Below, in pieces: positions 48,750 through 59,782 of a stretch of 64,000 nucleotides of DNA; positions within the stretch are counted from its first letter, which is position 1, and each line of letters starts with the position of its first letter. A model generated the notes under the pieces. It had not been told where the DNA came from. It saw only the letters and a program-made list of their open reading frames with translations, and searched no databases. The translations under genes were made by a program, and so were the position numbers. Source of the stretch: Pirellulales bacterium (GTDB taxonomy: Bacteria; Planctomycetota; Planctomycetia; Pirellulales; JAICIG01); contig JBBDYJ010000014.1 of assembly GCA_040901675.1 (NCBI GenBank), positions 8,559-72,558 of the forward strand, given 5' to 3'.

Positions 48750-49634
48750 TCAAAAGTGGCTGGTGTAGCCGCGCTGGGCGGCGGCCAGGTCGAGGTGCAG
48801 CGTGGCGACGTCGGCCACCAGCAACTGCAAGGGGGACAGGGCGGACAACGTCGAGACCATCTTGACGTAACCGCGGCAGCCATCGCAGACCGATGAACGG
48901 TATCGCGTCTCCTCGCCTTCGCAGTGCAGAAAACCCAACTCCTCGTGGTCGCGGTTGCCGCAGAATGGGCACCATAGCCGCGCCGCCTCCCAACCGGCTG
49001 AACACAGCCCGCAGCGCAGGAATCGCGTTTGCTCCAGCCCGCGAAACTCGCCTAACAGCGGCCAACTGCCGCACGTCGGACAGTAACCGCGCTCCCAGGT
49101 AACGCCGGCCCGCAAGGGGCCGAGCGAGGCTTCGAGCGCGGTAAATAGCGGGAACAAGGTAAACCGCAAAAGCGTGGTCGCCAGGCCGGGATCGAGGCGG
49201 AGCTCTTCGGCCCGCTCGCGGACCACTTCCGGCCGGCCCGCAAGCACCGCATCGACCATCTCGGCGGGATCGAGCCGGCCGCCGCGCATGGCGTCGGCCA
49301 GCGCCGCGGCGGCGCCGTCGGCCTCCTGGCTCTCCAGCGCCCCGCATGCCCGACGCCAGCGCTGACGAAATTCCTTCGCATCGATGGCAAGCTGCTCGCC
49401 GCGCAACAGCGGGATACCTTCTATCAGCTTGGCCCGGGCGCGCTGGGGTTCCAGAGGCACGGCCGGCGCGGAACTACAGGGCACCAGGTCGGGGAGCAAT
49501 GCGCGCAGCCATCGCAGCAGCGAGTCTAAATCAGGCCGGGCGGCCGCGAGACGGTCGAGCTCCGCCCGCGCGTCCTCGACAGCCGGCGAAGCCTGGGGGC
49601 CGCCCAACCATTTATGCAGGAAGGTTTCAACCAC
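48750..49634 (-). CDS. fdhE: Formate dehydrogenase accessory protein FdhE
   Basis: W.RGYCPTCG, R.LRCGLC, CPFCGN, CDGCRGYVK, DVATLHLD. Confidence 0.93.
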   Translation of the reverse strand: MVETFLHKWLGGPQASPAVEDARAELDRLAAARPDLDSLLRWLRALLPDLVPCSSAPAVPLEPQRARAKLIEGIPLLRGEQLAIDAKEFRQRWRRACGALESQEADGAAAALADAMRGGRLDPAEMVDAVLAGRPEVVRERAEELRLDPGLATTLLRFTLFPLFTALEASLGPLRAGVTWERGYCPTCGSWPLLGEFRGLEQTRFLRCGLCSAGWEAARLWCPFCGNRDHEELGFLHCEGEETRYRSSVCDGCRGYVKMVSTLSALSPLQLLVADVATLHLDLAAAQRGYTSHF

Positions 49635-49989
49635 CCCGTCTCTCCGCTAGAGGGCCTCGCACCGCCTCGCCGACGAGATGCGCCAGCCACTCGGGAGTCG
49701 CCAGGGCGGCCCGCCACTCTTCGACCAGGGCCAGCGCAATCGCCCGCGTCGGCCCGGTGGGCGCCCCCAGCTCTTCGACGATCGCCGAGAGCGACGCCGC
49801 GAGGTCGTCCGGATCGGGATCGAGCGCGGCCAGGGCGCCGAGCACGCGCCGCTTGAGCGCCAGGCCGGCGCGGTCGGCTTGCTGGTCGCGAGCGCGCTGG
49901 CGGCCAGTCAGCTCGCCGGACGAGAGCAAGAGCACGGCGAAGTCGCGGGGGCGCAGCGAAGGAGGCACGGACTCGTGGGCGTCGCTCAT
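49627..49989 (-). CDS. Hypothetical protein in the fdh operon
   Basis: Overlaps both nrfD and fdhE. RQRARDQQADRAGL.LKRR...GPTRA motif. Confidence 0.7.
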   Translation of the reverse strand: MSDAHESVPPSLRPRDFAVLLLSSGELTGRQRARDQQADRAGLALKRRVLGALAALDPDPDDLAASLSAIVEELGAPTGPTRAIALALVEEWRAALATPEWLAHLVGEAVRGPLAERRGG

Positions 49990-51065
49990 AGCTGCATCGC
50001 CGGCTCTCTTGGGAGCTTGGAACGCGGCTCGACGGCTTCGACGCGGTTGCCGATGTCCGCCCCGCGCTGGCCAACCTGCCGGCCATCTTCCGGACCGAAG
50101 CTGAACCGGGCCGACGGGCCCCGCCGCAGCAACTCGCTCGGCGTCGTGACGGCGCCGTAACGGAGCAGCAGGCCGCCCAGCAGCACGCAGGCGGCCGCGG
50201 CGGGGATGCCCCAGCGGCGCCGATGGCCGATCCGGGCGTGCACCAGCAGCGGCACGAGCACGGCCACGACCAGGCTGCCGAAGATGAAGATATTGCCGCT
50301 GACCGTCTGCAACACGGGGCCGAGGTTGTCGCCCAACGAGGCAATGAAGGCGGCAAGCACGATCAACTCTAGGCCCATGGCCAGCGGCTCGGCCCCTTCG
50401 AGCCGGGCCCGTGCCTGGGGTGTGCCGATGTTTTTCCACCGCGCGGTCAGCACCAGCGTCGCCAGACTGGTCGAGGCCGCCGACGCCAGGAACAGCGGAG
50501 CCAGCCAGACGGTGTCGCTCCACATCGGCTGGTTGGTCGCGGCCAGCAGCGCCCCGGTGTAACTGGCGACGAAGAAGCCGGCGGCGCAGCCGAGGGTCTG
50601 CAGAATCCGGTGCGGCCAGCGCGCCTGCAGCCACGGGCCCGGCCAACGCTGGGGCCGGACGGCCGCCAGAAAGGAAGCCAGCGAGCAGGCGCCGAACAGC
50701 GTCAGGCCCCAGGAGCCGGCCGACATCGGCGACCAGTACTTGAAGGCGGGGGCCTGGACCGCCAGCCGCCAGCCCGCGGCGCTGAACGGGAAGCCTTGGT
50801 CGAAGGCCGCCTTGGTGACTTCGGACTTGAGCAGCATGTGCCAGAATCGTTCGGGCCGGTACAAATCGACGATCAGCAGCAGGCCGCAAACTACGATCAG
50901 CGGAAAGGCGATCCAGTATGCAATCCGGGCCAGTGGCCGGTCCTCCACGGAGCCAAACCACTCGATGAGGATGGCGATGAAGTACGAGCCCGCGGCGATG
51001 CCGCCCAGGAAGAAGTAGGCGATGACCCAGCCACCCCAGTGGGGATCGGCCACAAACAAGTTCAT
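49986..51065 (-). CDS. nrfD: NrfD/PsrC family membrane anchor
   Basis: WGGWVIAYFFLGG, DLYRPERFWHM, SPMSAG.W, YTGALL, P.LFLASA. Start ATG 51065. Confidence 0.88.
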   Translation of the reverse strand: MNLFVADPHWGGWVIAYFFLGGIAAGSYFIAILIEWFGSVEDRPLARIAYWIAFPLIVVCGLLLIVDLYRPERFWHMLLKSEVTKAAFDQGFPFSAAGWRLAVQAPAFKYWSPMSAGSWGLTLFGACSLASFLAAVRPQRWPGPWLQARWPHRILQTLGCAAGFFVASYTGALLAATNQPMWSDTVWLAPLFLASAASTSLATLVLTARWKNIGTPQARARLEGAEPLAMGLELIVLAAFIASLGDNLGPVLQTVSGNIFIFGSLVVAVLVPLLVHARIGHRRRWGIPAAAACVLLGGLLLRYGAVTTPSELLRRGPSARFSFGPEDGRQVGQRGADIGNRVEAVEPRSKLPREPAMQL

Positions 51066-51928
51066 GGCTGCGGCTCCTTCGGCGGGAGCGGCTCGGCGGG
51101 CGGAGTCGTCGTTCGCTCGCGGAACTGGAACAGCAGGCCCAGTGCTACCAGCAAGCCGGTGAAGACGCTCCAGAACGTGGACGCCACGACCGACTTGCTC
51201 GGCACCTTGGGGTTGGATGGCAGGCCGTAGACCTCGGGCTTGTCGACCAGCAGGTAGAACGAGTTCAGGCCGCCGAGGATCTGGTCGTCGGCGCCGTACA
51301 GGTGGGCGCGCGCCAGCCCCTGCCGGTGGAGTTGGGCGAGGCGGACTTGTGCCTCTTTCTTGAGCTCGACAAGCGGCCCGAACCTGATCGACTGCGTCGG
51401 ACAGGCCTGGGCGCAGGCCGGAGCGAGGCCCTGCTGGAGGCGGTCGTAGCAGAACGTACACTTCTGGGCGATGCCGGTGCGCTCGCTCATGTGGATCACG
51501 CCGAACGGGCAGGCGCTGACGCAGTCGCGGCAGCCGTTGCAGGCCGGCTCCTGGATGTAGACGGTGTCGAACTCAGTGCGGATGATGGCGCCGGTGGGGC
51601 AGACGTCGAGGCACGGCGCGTTGACGCAGTGCTTGCACACGTCGGACATCATCAGCCAGGCCGCCTCGCTCCGGTCGGCGTCGGAGCTGAACTGCTCGAT
51701 GAACTTGACGTGCCGCCAGTTGACGTCCGAGAACGAGCCCGTGTTGTCGTAGCTGTTGCCGCTGAGCCGCGGCAGGCCGGATTCGTGCGTCCGGCGCATG
51801 CCCGCGGGGCTGTCTTCAGGCGGGCCGTGTCCGGCGGGCAGGTCGTTCCACTGGTGGCAGGCCACCTGGCAGGCCTTGCAGCCGATGCAGACCGTCGTGT
51901 CGGTGTAGAACCCTACCGGCTCGGCCAT
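51062..51928 (-). CDS. fdnH: Formate dehydrogenase beta (4Fe-4S) subunit
   Basis: Four Cys clusters: CIGCKACQVAC, CKHC...CLDVCP, CNGCRDCVSACP, CTFC...CAQACP. Confidence 0.92.
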   Translation of the reverse strand: MAEPVGFYTDTTVCIGCKACQVACHQWNDLPAGHGPPEDSPAGMRRTHESGLPRLSGNSYDNTGSFSDVNWRHVKFIEQFSSDADRSEAAWLMMSDVCKHCVNAPCLDVCPTGAIIRTEFDTVYIQEPACNGCRDCVSACPFGVIHMSERTGIAQKCTFCYDRLQQGLAPACAQACPTQSIRFGPLVELKKEAQVRLAQLHRQGLARAHLYGADDQILGGLNSFYLLVDKPEVYGLPSNPKVPSKSVVASTFWSVFTGLLVALGLLFQFRERTTTPPAEPLPPKEPQP

Positions 51929-51952
51929 GGTGTTTTTCTCCGGGAAAGCCCG

Positions 51953-54900
51953 TCACTCCTTGATCACGTTGCAGACAAACACCTTGGCCTCGTGGATGGT
52001 GACGTTGGGGTCGCCCACCAGCGCCGACAAATCGTTGGCCACGTCGCCGGTGCTCACGCCCTTGTAGCCCCAGTGCCAGGGGAGGCCCACGTGGTGCACC
52101 GATCGGTCCTTGAGGCGGTAGGGGCGGATGCGGCCCGTCACCAGCGCCCTGGCCCGGATCGAGCCGCGGGGAGTGGCAATGCGCACCCAACCGGTGTTCT
52201 CGACGCCAAGTTCCTGGGCGTGCTCGGGACTCATCTCGCAGAATAGCTCGGGCTGAAGCTCCGCCAGCCAAGGCAGCCAGCGGGTCATCGCGCCGGCCGT
52301 GTGATGCTCCGTGAGCCGGTAGGTCGAGAGCACGTGCGGATAATCCGGGTCGGCCACCTTGGCGTAGGCATTGCCGGGAATGTCCCAGACCAGCGTGGCC
52401 GGGTTGGTTTGCTGCCGATAAACGGCGTTGCGCACCGGCGACTCGTAAGGCTCGTAGTGCGCCGGCAGGGGGCCATCGACCAGCCCCTGCGGCACGAAAA
52501 GCCAGCCCTTGCCGTCGGCCTTCATGATGAACGGATCGGTGCCGCTGTGGTAATCGAGGCCCACGCCGTTGGGTTCGGCCTTTGCGGTGGGCGGCTTGGT
52601 CAGCACGAAGTCGGGCACGTCGAGTCCGGACCACCGCTTGGCGGCGGCGTCCCAGTAGACGTAGCCGCGCATCGCGGGGCCGCCGGCCTGGGCGTGTTCT
52701 CCGGCGAGCCGGCCTTCCTTGGCCCAGGGCTCGCCTTGCAAATCGGCCGAGGCGCGGTTGTACATCAGACGGCGGTTGGCCGGCCAGGCGAAGCCCCAGC
52801 CCAGTGCCACCCAGTCGTCGCCGCTGCGGTTGGCGGCGTGGTTGTGGCCGCCGGGATGTTCCGCCGTGGGGGCGTAGATGCCGCTGTAAATCCAGGCCCC
52901 GCACGCCGTCGAACCGTCGTCCGCCAACTCGCCGAACGATGCCAACGGCTTCCCCTCCAGCGGCTTGTTCTCACTCCACAGGTAGCCGTTGATTTCCTTG
53001 AGGATCAACTCGGCCGACGGTTCGTCCTTGATCCGCCAATCGGCGTTGGCTCGCTCGTCGACGTAGTTCCAAACCAGGGCCTGGATGGGCCGGTCGCGCT
53101 TCAGTCTGCTGCCGGCGTAGCGCTGGCGGAGCAGGCGGCCCAGGTGAACGGTGAACCAGATGTCGGAGCGGGCGTGTTCGGGGGGATCGGCGGCCTTATG
53201 GTGCCACTGGACCAGCCGCTGGGTGTTGGTGAAGCTGCCCTCCATCTCCGGGACGGCGGCGGCCGGCAGGAAAAAGACCTCGGTGTTGATGTCCTTGGTC
53301 TTGAGCTTGCCGCTGTTCACCTCGGGCGAGTCCTTCCAAAAGGTGGCGGTCTCCGTCTCATAGGGGTCGCGGACCACCAGCCAGTCGAGCCTGGCCAGGG
53401 CCTCGCGCTGAAACGCCGCATTCTGGCCGCCCACCGCCGGGTTCTGGCCAATGCAAAAGAAGCCCTTGATCTTGCCCTCGTGCATGGCCACGAACATCGG
53501 CAGGTGCGAATGGTCGCCCACGCTCTTGGGCAGATAGTCGTAGGCATAATCGTTGTCCGCGGTGGCGTCGTCGCCGAACCAGGCCTTGAGCTGGCTGACG
53601 ATGAACTTGGGAAAGTTCGACCAGTACGACGTAGGCGTCGTCTCGGTGTCGATGTAATCGGCCAGCGTGTCGTGCTTGGCCAGGGCGCTGGGCGCGGCCA
53701 GGTAACCAGGGTGCAGGTTGTAGAGCGTGGCGATGTCAGTCGAGCCCTGGATGGTGGCGTGGCCCCGCAGCGCGAGGATGCCGCCGCCCGGCCGGCCGAT
53801 GTTGCCCAGCAGCAACTGCAGGATCGAGGCGGCCCGGATCGTCTGCACGCCGGTCGTGTGCTGCGTCCAGCCGACCGCGTAGCAGATGGCGCCGGTGCGG
53901 TCCGGCCCCGCGTTGTCCACGAGCGTCCGGGCGACCCGCAGGAACGTGTCGGGCGGCGTGCCGCACACCTGCTGCACCAGCTCCGGCGTGTACCGGGCGT
54001 AGTGCTGGCGGAGGATCTGGAAGACACAGCGGGAGTGTTCGAGCGACGGGTCCTCTGTGGGCCGCGGTCCGACCAGCTTGGCCACCCGGGCGGCGAACGA
54101 CTCCGGCCGGCCCTCGCCCGGCTCGCCGGTGACCTCTTCGGGGGCGTCCGCGGGAGGCTCGGACTCGTAGCGCCATTTCGTCGGGTCGTACTTCCGCTTG
54201 TCCGCGTCGAAGCCGGAGAACAGGCCGTCCAGCTCTTCGGTGTCCTGAAAATCGTCGGCAATCAGCGTGGCGGCGTTGGTGTAGTGGACCAGGTAGTCGC
54301 GGAAGAACCGCTCACGGGCCGTGAGGTCGCGCTCGGCTTTCGCGAAGATCGGCGCGTGCTGCTGGAGCACATGCCGGATCAGGGCGCCGAGGAACACAAT
54401 GTCGCTGCCCGCCCGCAGCGGGGCGTAGATGTCGGCCATGGCCGAAGTGCGGGTGAAGCGGGGGTCGACGTGGATCAGCGTGGCCGGATCGGCGGCCCGC
54501 GTCTTGGCCTGCATGACCCAGCGGAAGGCGACCGGGTGGCACTCCGCCATGTTCGAGCCCATGATCAGGATGCTGTCGGCATGCTTCATGTCCATGGCGA
54601 AGGTCGTGGCGCCGCCGCGGCCAAAGGAAGTGCCCAGACCGGGCACGGTGGCGCTGTGTCATATCCGGGCCTGGTTTTCGAGATAGACTATGCCCAGGGC
54701 CCGCATCAGCTTGCAGTGCACGTAGTTCCACTCGTTGTCGTTGGTCGCGCCGCCCAGCGAGGCGATCCCCAGCGTGTGGTTCACCTTCTTTTTGATTGGC
54801 TGTCCTGATTCATCCGTGGTCTGCCACCCCTCGCGGAAGGTGGCGTCGCGCGTTGTCTGAACCAGCTCGGCGATGCGGTTCATGGCCCAGTCGAGCGTCT

Positions 54901-55267
54901 TGGTCTTGTCCCAGTCGGTCGCCCCCGGCGCGCGGTGCCACACCCGGGTGACGCGGAGCGGGTTGACGGCGAGCTGGTAGGTGGCCGCCCCCTTAGGGCA
55001 GAGCGTGCCCCGGCTGACCGGGCTTTCGGGATCGCCTTCGATGTTGACGATCTTGCCGCGGCGGACGCTGACGAGCTGGCCGCAGCCGACCGCGCAGTAC
55101 GGGCAGATGCTGGGCACCTCGCGGGTATTGGCGAACTTGAAGCGGCCCGTCTCGGCCTGGGCCGCCCGCAGGTCGAGGCCCAGTCCCAGCAGGCCGCCCA
55201 GCGCGAAGCCTCCGCCTACCGAATGCCGCAGGAAATCGCGTCGGTTCGGGTCCCTGATGTCGGGCAT
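51953..55267 (-). CDS. fdnG: Selenocysteine-containing formate dehydrogenase-N/O alpha subunit (Sec at codon 203, TGA 54659-54661)
   Basis: Tat NRRDFL, CPYCAVGCG, NQARI-U-HSATVPGLGTSFGRG. The two ORFs are in frame across the TGA. Confidence 0.95.
54630..54646 (-). promoter_or_regulatory. SECIS hairpin of fdnG
   Basis: GTGCCC-GGTCT-GGGCAC after a 12-nt spacer. The GGTCT apex resembles the E. coli fdhF SECIS apex. Confidence 0.85.
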
Positions 55268-55628
55268 CGCAGCACCTCCTTGACGGCCACTTGCTATCGG
55301 TCTGCCCGGTCATTCTATGGCCGGATGAGTTGAACGTGAACCACCAAGGGCAGCAAGGACACAAAAAGGCAGGAAGATAAGAAGGCGGGACGGACGGACG
55401 GACGAAGAGCTCACGCAAAGGCGCCAAGGCGCAAAGGGGAGGACGGGACGCACGGACAACGAGGAAGATGGCCACCAGGGCGAGTCCCGGCGCGCCGGGA
55501 TGTCTGTTGATATTCCAGGGCAGAAAGTAGAGGTCTGCCGGGGGCGGACTTGCAGCGGGGGATAGGGGGGGACGGCAGACGGAGTATGCCTGCTACGAAA
55601 CGGCAGAAAACCGGATGCGTTGCGGCAG

Positions 55629-55840
55629 GTGTCCGCTATCACTCGTTCTACCCCTGGCACCGCGACGGGGACTACGGCCACCTGCTGGACGAAAACGATC
55701 GGCGGATGCTTCCCTGGCTGCGGCAGTTCAATCGCTACGATCTGTACTCCAAGAGCCCGCGGCGGCCCGACTGGATCGAGCTCGCCCCCTACTACACCGC
55801 GCTCGTCGACAGGTATCTGCCGGGAAAGCTTGGCTGGTGA
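55629..55840 (+). pseudogene. C-terminal fragment of inositol oxygenase (MIOX)
   Basis: RYHSFYPWH, FNRYDLYSKS, PYY..L..RY.P...W. The N-terminal three quarters or so are missing. Confidence 0.75.
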
Positions 55841-56006
55841 GAGGAGGTGAGGGGCGAGGGGGCGACAAGGGGACAAGGGGACAAGGGGACAACGCGACAA
55901 GGCCCGCCGGAAAGACCAAAGTACCAAGACGCAGCTTTCCCGGCGGCGCGGCTCCCGCTAAGCTGGATCGATGGCCCGGATCGATCCACTTTAGGGAGGG
56001 ACTACC

Positions 56007-56498
56007 ATGCGATGCAGAGTGCTTGGTCCGTTTAGTTTGGCGCTGGTTGCGACGTTAGGTTGTGGTGACGCAGCCCGTGACGCAGCCCGTGACGCAGCCC
56101 CTCTGACCGTGCCTGTCAGCGGCAGAATCACGATGGGCGAAAAAGCCGTCGAGGGCGCAATCGTCTCGTTTCGGAGCCGCAGCGCCACGGGCAGGTCGGC
56201 CATTGGCAAGACCGACGAACAAGGCAACTTCACGCTCACGACCTATCTGAGTCCGCGGGAAAGCCCGGCGGGTGCGCTTCCCGGCGAGTACGAGGTCCTC
56301 GTTGCCAAGATGGGACCACCAGCCCCCGGAGCCGTCGGGTCGGCTTTCAGCGCTCCACCGGAAGTCCATTTGCTGCCGGAGAAGTATTCGAAGCAAGGCT
56401 CGGGGCTCAAGGCCGTCGTCACTCAAGGCGGCGGCAACGATTTTAAGTTCGATCTAGACGTGGATCAACCGACGGCGCCGCAGTCCGATCCAGAATGA
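56007..56498 (+). CDS. Planctomycete lipoprotein, carboxypeptidase-regulatory-like domain
   Basis: Lipobox TLGC, VPVSG.I, G.TD..G.F.LTT, GALPGEY.V, LPEKY, F.FDL. 12-bp x3 repeat encodes DAAR. Confidence 0.82.
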   Translation: MRCRVLGPFSLALVATLGCGDAARDAARDAAPLTVPVSGRITMGEKAVEGAIVSFRSRSATGRSAIGKTDEQGNFTLTTYLSPRESPAGALPGEYEVLVAKMGPPAPGAVGSAFSAPPEVHLLPEKYSKQGSGLKAVVTQGGGNDFKFDLDVDQPTAPQSDPE

Positions 56499-56690
56499 GG
56501 GGGCACTGGAGGTCGGCGGGCAGAGGGCAGAGGGCAGAAGTCGGAGGGCAGAACTCAGAGGGCAGAAGGCAGAGGTGCCGCCTGCGGTGGACTGGCAGCA
56601 GAGGCAGAAGGCACGAAGTCAGGAAAAAACCAACCACTCGCGGAGCGAGTGGACCACATACTCAAGCTGAAGCCCGTGGCTGCACGCAAC

Positions 56691-57031
56691 TCAGAACTTG
56701 CCGATGTAGTCGCGGCGAAGCAGATCGGCGCCCATAACCGTGCACAGCGCCAGCGTCGCGCCGGCCGCCAGCAGCAACACGATCCGCAGCCGCTGGCCGC
56801 GGGTGCGCAGTTCGATGAACGAAAAGATGACCGTGGCCGCGACGACGGTAGGAAGCGTGGCGTAGACCGGCCACGGCCAATTGACGACCTGCCGAATCCC
56901 CTCCGCGCGGCGGGGGACGGCCGCCATCATCGCCAATGCAGCCAGCAGGTACGGCAGGCAGCCGAGCGCGATACCACCGGTTATGGCGACCAGTGTCATG
57001 AGCCGGCGATTGGGTTGGTCTCGCTCAGCCA
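56691..57031 (-). CDS. Hypothetical membrane protein
   Basis: Three hydrophobic segments. Start uncertain. Confidence 0.5.
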
Positions 57032-57125
57032 TTGAAGAGCGTGTGGCGACTTTGATCAGCCGCGGCCACGGGTGAGGGACGATAAGGCGACAAGGAACAC
57101 GGAACCAGCAACTAGGAACCAGCAA

Positions 57126-58628
57126 CTAGGAACCAGGTTTTACGTGAAAGCGGCGAAAGAGATTCTCGGTGATCCGCTGGACGCGGGGGTCGGGGCCGGG
57201 AGGCGTTCCGCCGTGGGCCGACGGCCGCAGGTAACCGGGCGGTTCGCTCAAGCCGTCCGACCACCAGATCGTGGCCGCATTGAAGACCCAGTTGCCCTTG
57301 GGACCGGGATAGATCGTCGCCGTGTATTCGACATTCTGGGGCCGCCCACCCGAGAAAACCGGGCCGCGGGCCAGCACCTCCAGTTCCTGAATGTCCGGCA
57401 GCGGCGGGCCGTGGTGCTCCCAGCCGACTAGCCCGGCAATCGAATCGCCGTTTTTCATCCCGGTGCCTTCCAGCAGCCAGTGCTTTTCGTTCACGCAGGT
57501 CCAATCGGCGCTGCCGTTGGCCGGGTCGGTGGTGCGGGCCCCCATCAACAGCGCCGGGTCGGGACCGTGCTCTTTCCACGGCTTCTCGTAGCTGCGCTCC
57601 AGATCGGAAGCGGGGCCGCCGAACTTGCCGATCCGCTCGATCGTGCGGCCCTGGACGCCGGCGGCGTTGGGGCGAATGTCGATGAGGCCGTCGACGGAGT
57701 TGCCGCTGAAGAAGGCCGCGTGAACGCCCGATTGGATGGCCCGCTTCACGTTCTCGTACATGGCCGACGACCAGTACTCGTCGTGGCCCACGGAGATGAA
57801 CGACCTGGCGCGGAGCAGGCCGTTGCCGTCGGCGTGCGTGTCGATGTTCGAGATGTACGAGACGTCGTAGCCGTGCTCTTCCATCCAGAAGGCGAGCGGG
57901 AATTCCCAGAGCAGAAACTCGCCCGAGCCCTGGGAGAGCGGGGCGTCGAAGATCTGGCGGTAGCGGCCGTAGGGCCGGTCGAAGCTGACGGCCACGCCGG
58001 GCCCGGTGTACCAGTCGTGCGGGGGCGTGCCGTCGTCGTAGAGCGACCAGAGGTCCGGCCAGCGGTTGTACGCGGCCCAGGTGGTGTCGGAGCACTGGAA
58101 GAGGAAGTCGCACTCCCGATCGTCCCGGACGATGAAGATCATGTAGCTCTGCAGCATTTCGCGCTGCTCGGTGAGCTTGGCCAGGTAGACGCCGCTCGGC
58201 CAACCCGGTTCGATGGTGAGCCGCTGGCACGTTTCCCACGCGCACTCGCGGAGGCGCGCCTCGCCCACCGGCGGGTCGGCCTGCGGCGACCCCTGGAAGG
58301 GCCCGAACCGCCCGACGAGCCGGCCCCCCTTGCCGCCGTAGTAGCCCATGCGGTAGAGATCGATCGTGAACTTCACGGGCGGGTTGGTGCTGACCTTGAA
58401 GTCGATCGTCTCACCGGGGCGGACACTGGTGCTGGAACAATAGCCCTCGATCCAGGGGCAGCGGTACTTCGACTCGGGGTCGACTCTGGTGTTGGTCAGG
58501 ATCCAATCCGTCGTTCCCGGCTGCTGGTTTTCGTGGCGGACTAGGCCGCGCCGTGCCGGCCCAGCGCCGCCCAGCGCGGCTACGAGCCCGAAGCTGCCCA
58601 CCGTGCTGATGAAGTCGCGCCTGTCCAT
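57126..58628 (-). CDS. Tat-exported N,N-dimethylformamidase beta-subunit-like protein
   Basis: MDRRDF, IEGY, YRMGYYGG, SGVYLAKL, TWAAYN.W, VSFDRPY, GHDEYWS. Confidence 0.85.
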   Translation of the reverse strand: MDRRDFISTVGSFGLVAALGGAGPARRGLVRHENQQPGTTDWILTNTRVDPESKYRCPWIEGYCSSTSVRPGETIDFKVSTNPPVKFTIDLYRMGYYGGKGGRLVGRFGPFQGSPQADPPVGEARLRECAWETCQRLTIEPGWPSGVYLAKLTEQREMLQSYMIFIVRDDRECDFLFQCSDTTWAAYNRWPDLWSLYDDGTPPHDWYTGPGVAVSFDRPYGRYRQIFDAPLSQGSGEFLLWEFPLAFWMEEHGYDVSYISNIDTHADGNGLLRARSFISVGHDEYWSSAMYENVKRAIQSGVHAAFFSGNSVDGLIDIRPNAAGVQGRTIERIGKFGGPASDLERSYEKPWKEHGPDPALLMGARTTDPANGSADWTCVNEKHWLLEGTGMKNGDSIAGLVGWEHHGPPLPDIQELEVLARGPVFSGGRPQNVEYTATIYPGPKGNWVFNAATIWWSDGLSEPPGYLRPSAHGGTPPGPDPRVQRITENLFRRFHVKPGS

Positions 58629-58705
58629 GCTGGTTTTCGATGATAGAGCTGGCTTGCCTCGCGCCGTTCGATTGAGCGAAGCGGACATGGTCAACGACGG
58701 CGGAA

Positions 58706-59137
58706 TCAATCGCGCAGAATGCCGAAGCGGGCGAGTGTTTCCTTGACGTCGGCGAGGCCGGTTGCCTGTCCCACCAGCTTCCCGTCGGCCATGACCGCGA
58801 CAACTGGCGTCCGATAGACCGAGTTGATCCCTGGAATGAACTTCTGGAAGTCGTCCATTTGAGCACACGCGAGGACGTTAAATACTTCGACCCTCGCCTT
58901 CCCGTCCGTCCCTCCATGGAGCGACGCGTCGAGCTGATCCAGGAGTGCGAGTTCGGGCTCGGAATAGGTTGCCACACCGATGACAATCTGTATCCCCGAT
59001 TGCTGGATTGGGCCGCCCGGTCGGCGAAGAGCAAGACGACTCCCACCAACGCGCTTTGCGAATTCTTTCCGAGCCGCCTCCTGCGTCTTTCCGGGAAGCT
59101 GACCGGCGCAGAATTCCAGCAGGGACGAAAAAGTCAT
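58706..59137 (-). CDS. Hypothetical protein, possibly thioredoxin-like fold
   Basis: IGVATYS..EL.LLD, IPGI..VY.TPVV. ATGA-coupled to the upstream ORF. Confidence 0.6.
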   Translation of the reverse strand: MTFSSLLEFCAGQLPGKTQEAARKEFAKRVGGSRLALRRPGGPIQQSGIQIVIGVATYSEPELALLDQLDASLHGGTDGKARVEVFNVLACAQMDDFQKFIPGINSVYRTPVVAVMADGKLVGQATGLADVKETLARFGILRD

Positions 59138-59508
59138 GGCCTTACGTGGACCAGCCTGCCGTCGTGTAGCCATTGTCCGCCTGACTTCAGGATTCGATGC
59201 ACTTCACTGCTCTGTACGCCCGGCCCCAGCCATGTTGTCACGTCCACAGGCACGCCGTTCGATATTACAAGAGCGACGGTTCCATTCGGAAAGGGGAGCT
59301 GCGTGTTCTTGCAGAAGAGAAACGGGTGGCCAGCCAGAATAAGGGAAGCGAGCTTCGGCTGAACGGCCGTCCAATGACCTCCGCTGGTTACCCATTCTGG
59401 TTGCTGGTTTATTGCGTCGGGTTCCTCTCCTTCACCGCCAAGGTTCAGACAAATCTGAATTGGAACGCCCACACTCGGTTGGTTCCGGATTCCGTTGAGA
59501 GGGACCAA
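59134..59508 (-). CDS. Hypothetical protein
   Basis: ORF coupled to the downstream gene. No recognised motif; start uncertain. Confidence 0.4.
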   Translation of the reverse strand: MVPLNGIRNQPSVGVPIQICLNLGGEGEEPDAINQQPEWVTSGGHWTAVQPKLASLILAGHPFLFCKNTQLPFPNGTVALVISNGVPVDVTTWLGPGVQSSEVHRILKSGGQWLHDGRLVHVRP

Positions 59509-59782
59509 TCAAAATGAATTATACTCCACTGCTTGCGAACTGTCACACCCAACCGCTTTTCGGCCCGCACCAGGCTATCGGTGGTTCGGTTTTGCCAGTT
59601 TGCCCGTTCGCATTGCTGATAGCCTTCCGGCCAGCATCTCGCCACCGGGGCAACGCCTGGCACGCGGCTGGTGTCTCCGAGCGGGCCGCGATACCATGGA
59701 TGCCGGACGGCGCGCGTATCCGGCGAATGGCCAAGGGGTCGCCGACATGTTGCCAAAGACTTTAGTCCAAGGAGGGAATGCC

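Noticed and set aside
52301..54808. Long antisense ORFs (also 16..1512, 2754..4709, 7361..8788, 9928..11979)
   Set aside because: Shadow frames of well-supported genes, as expected at high GC.
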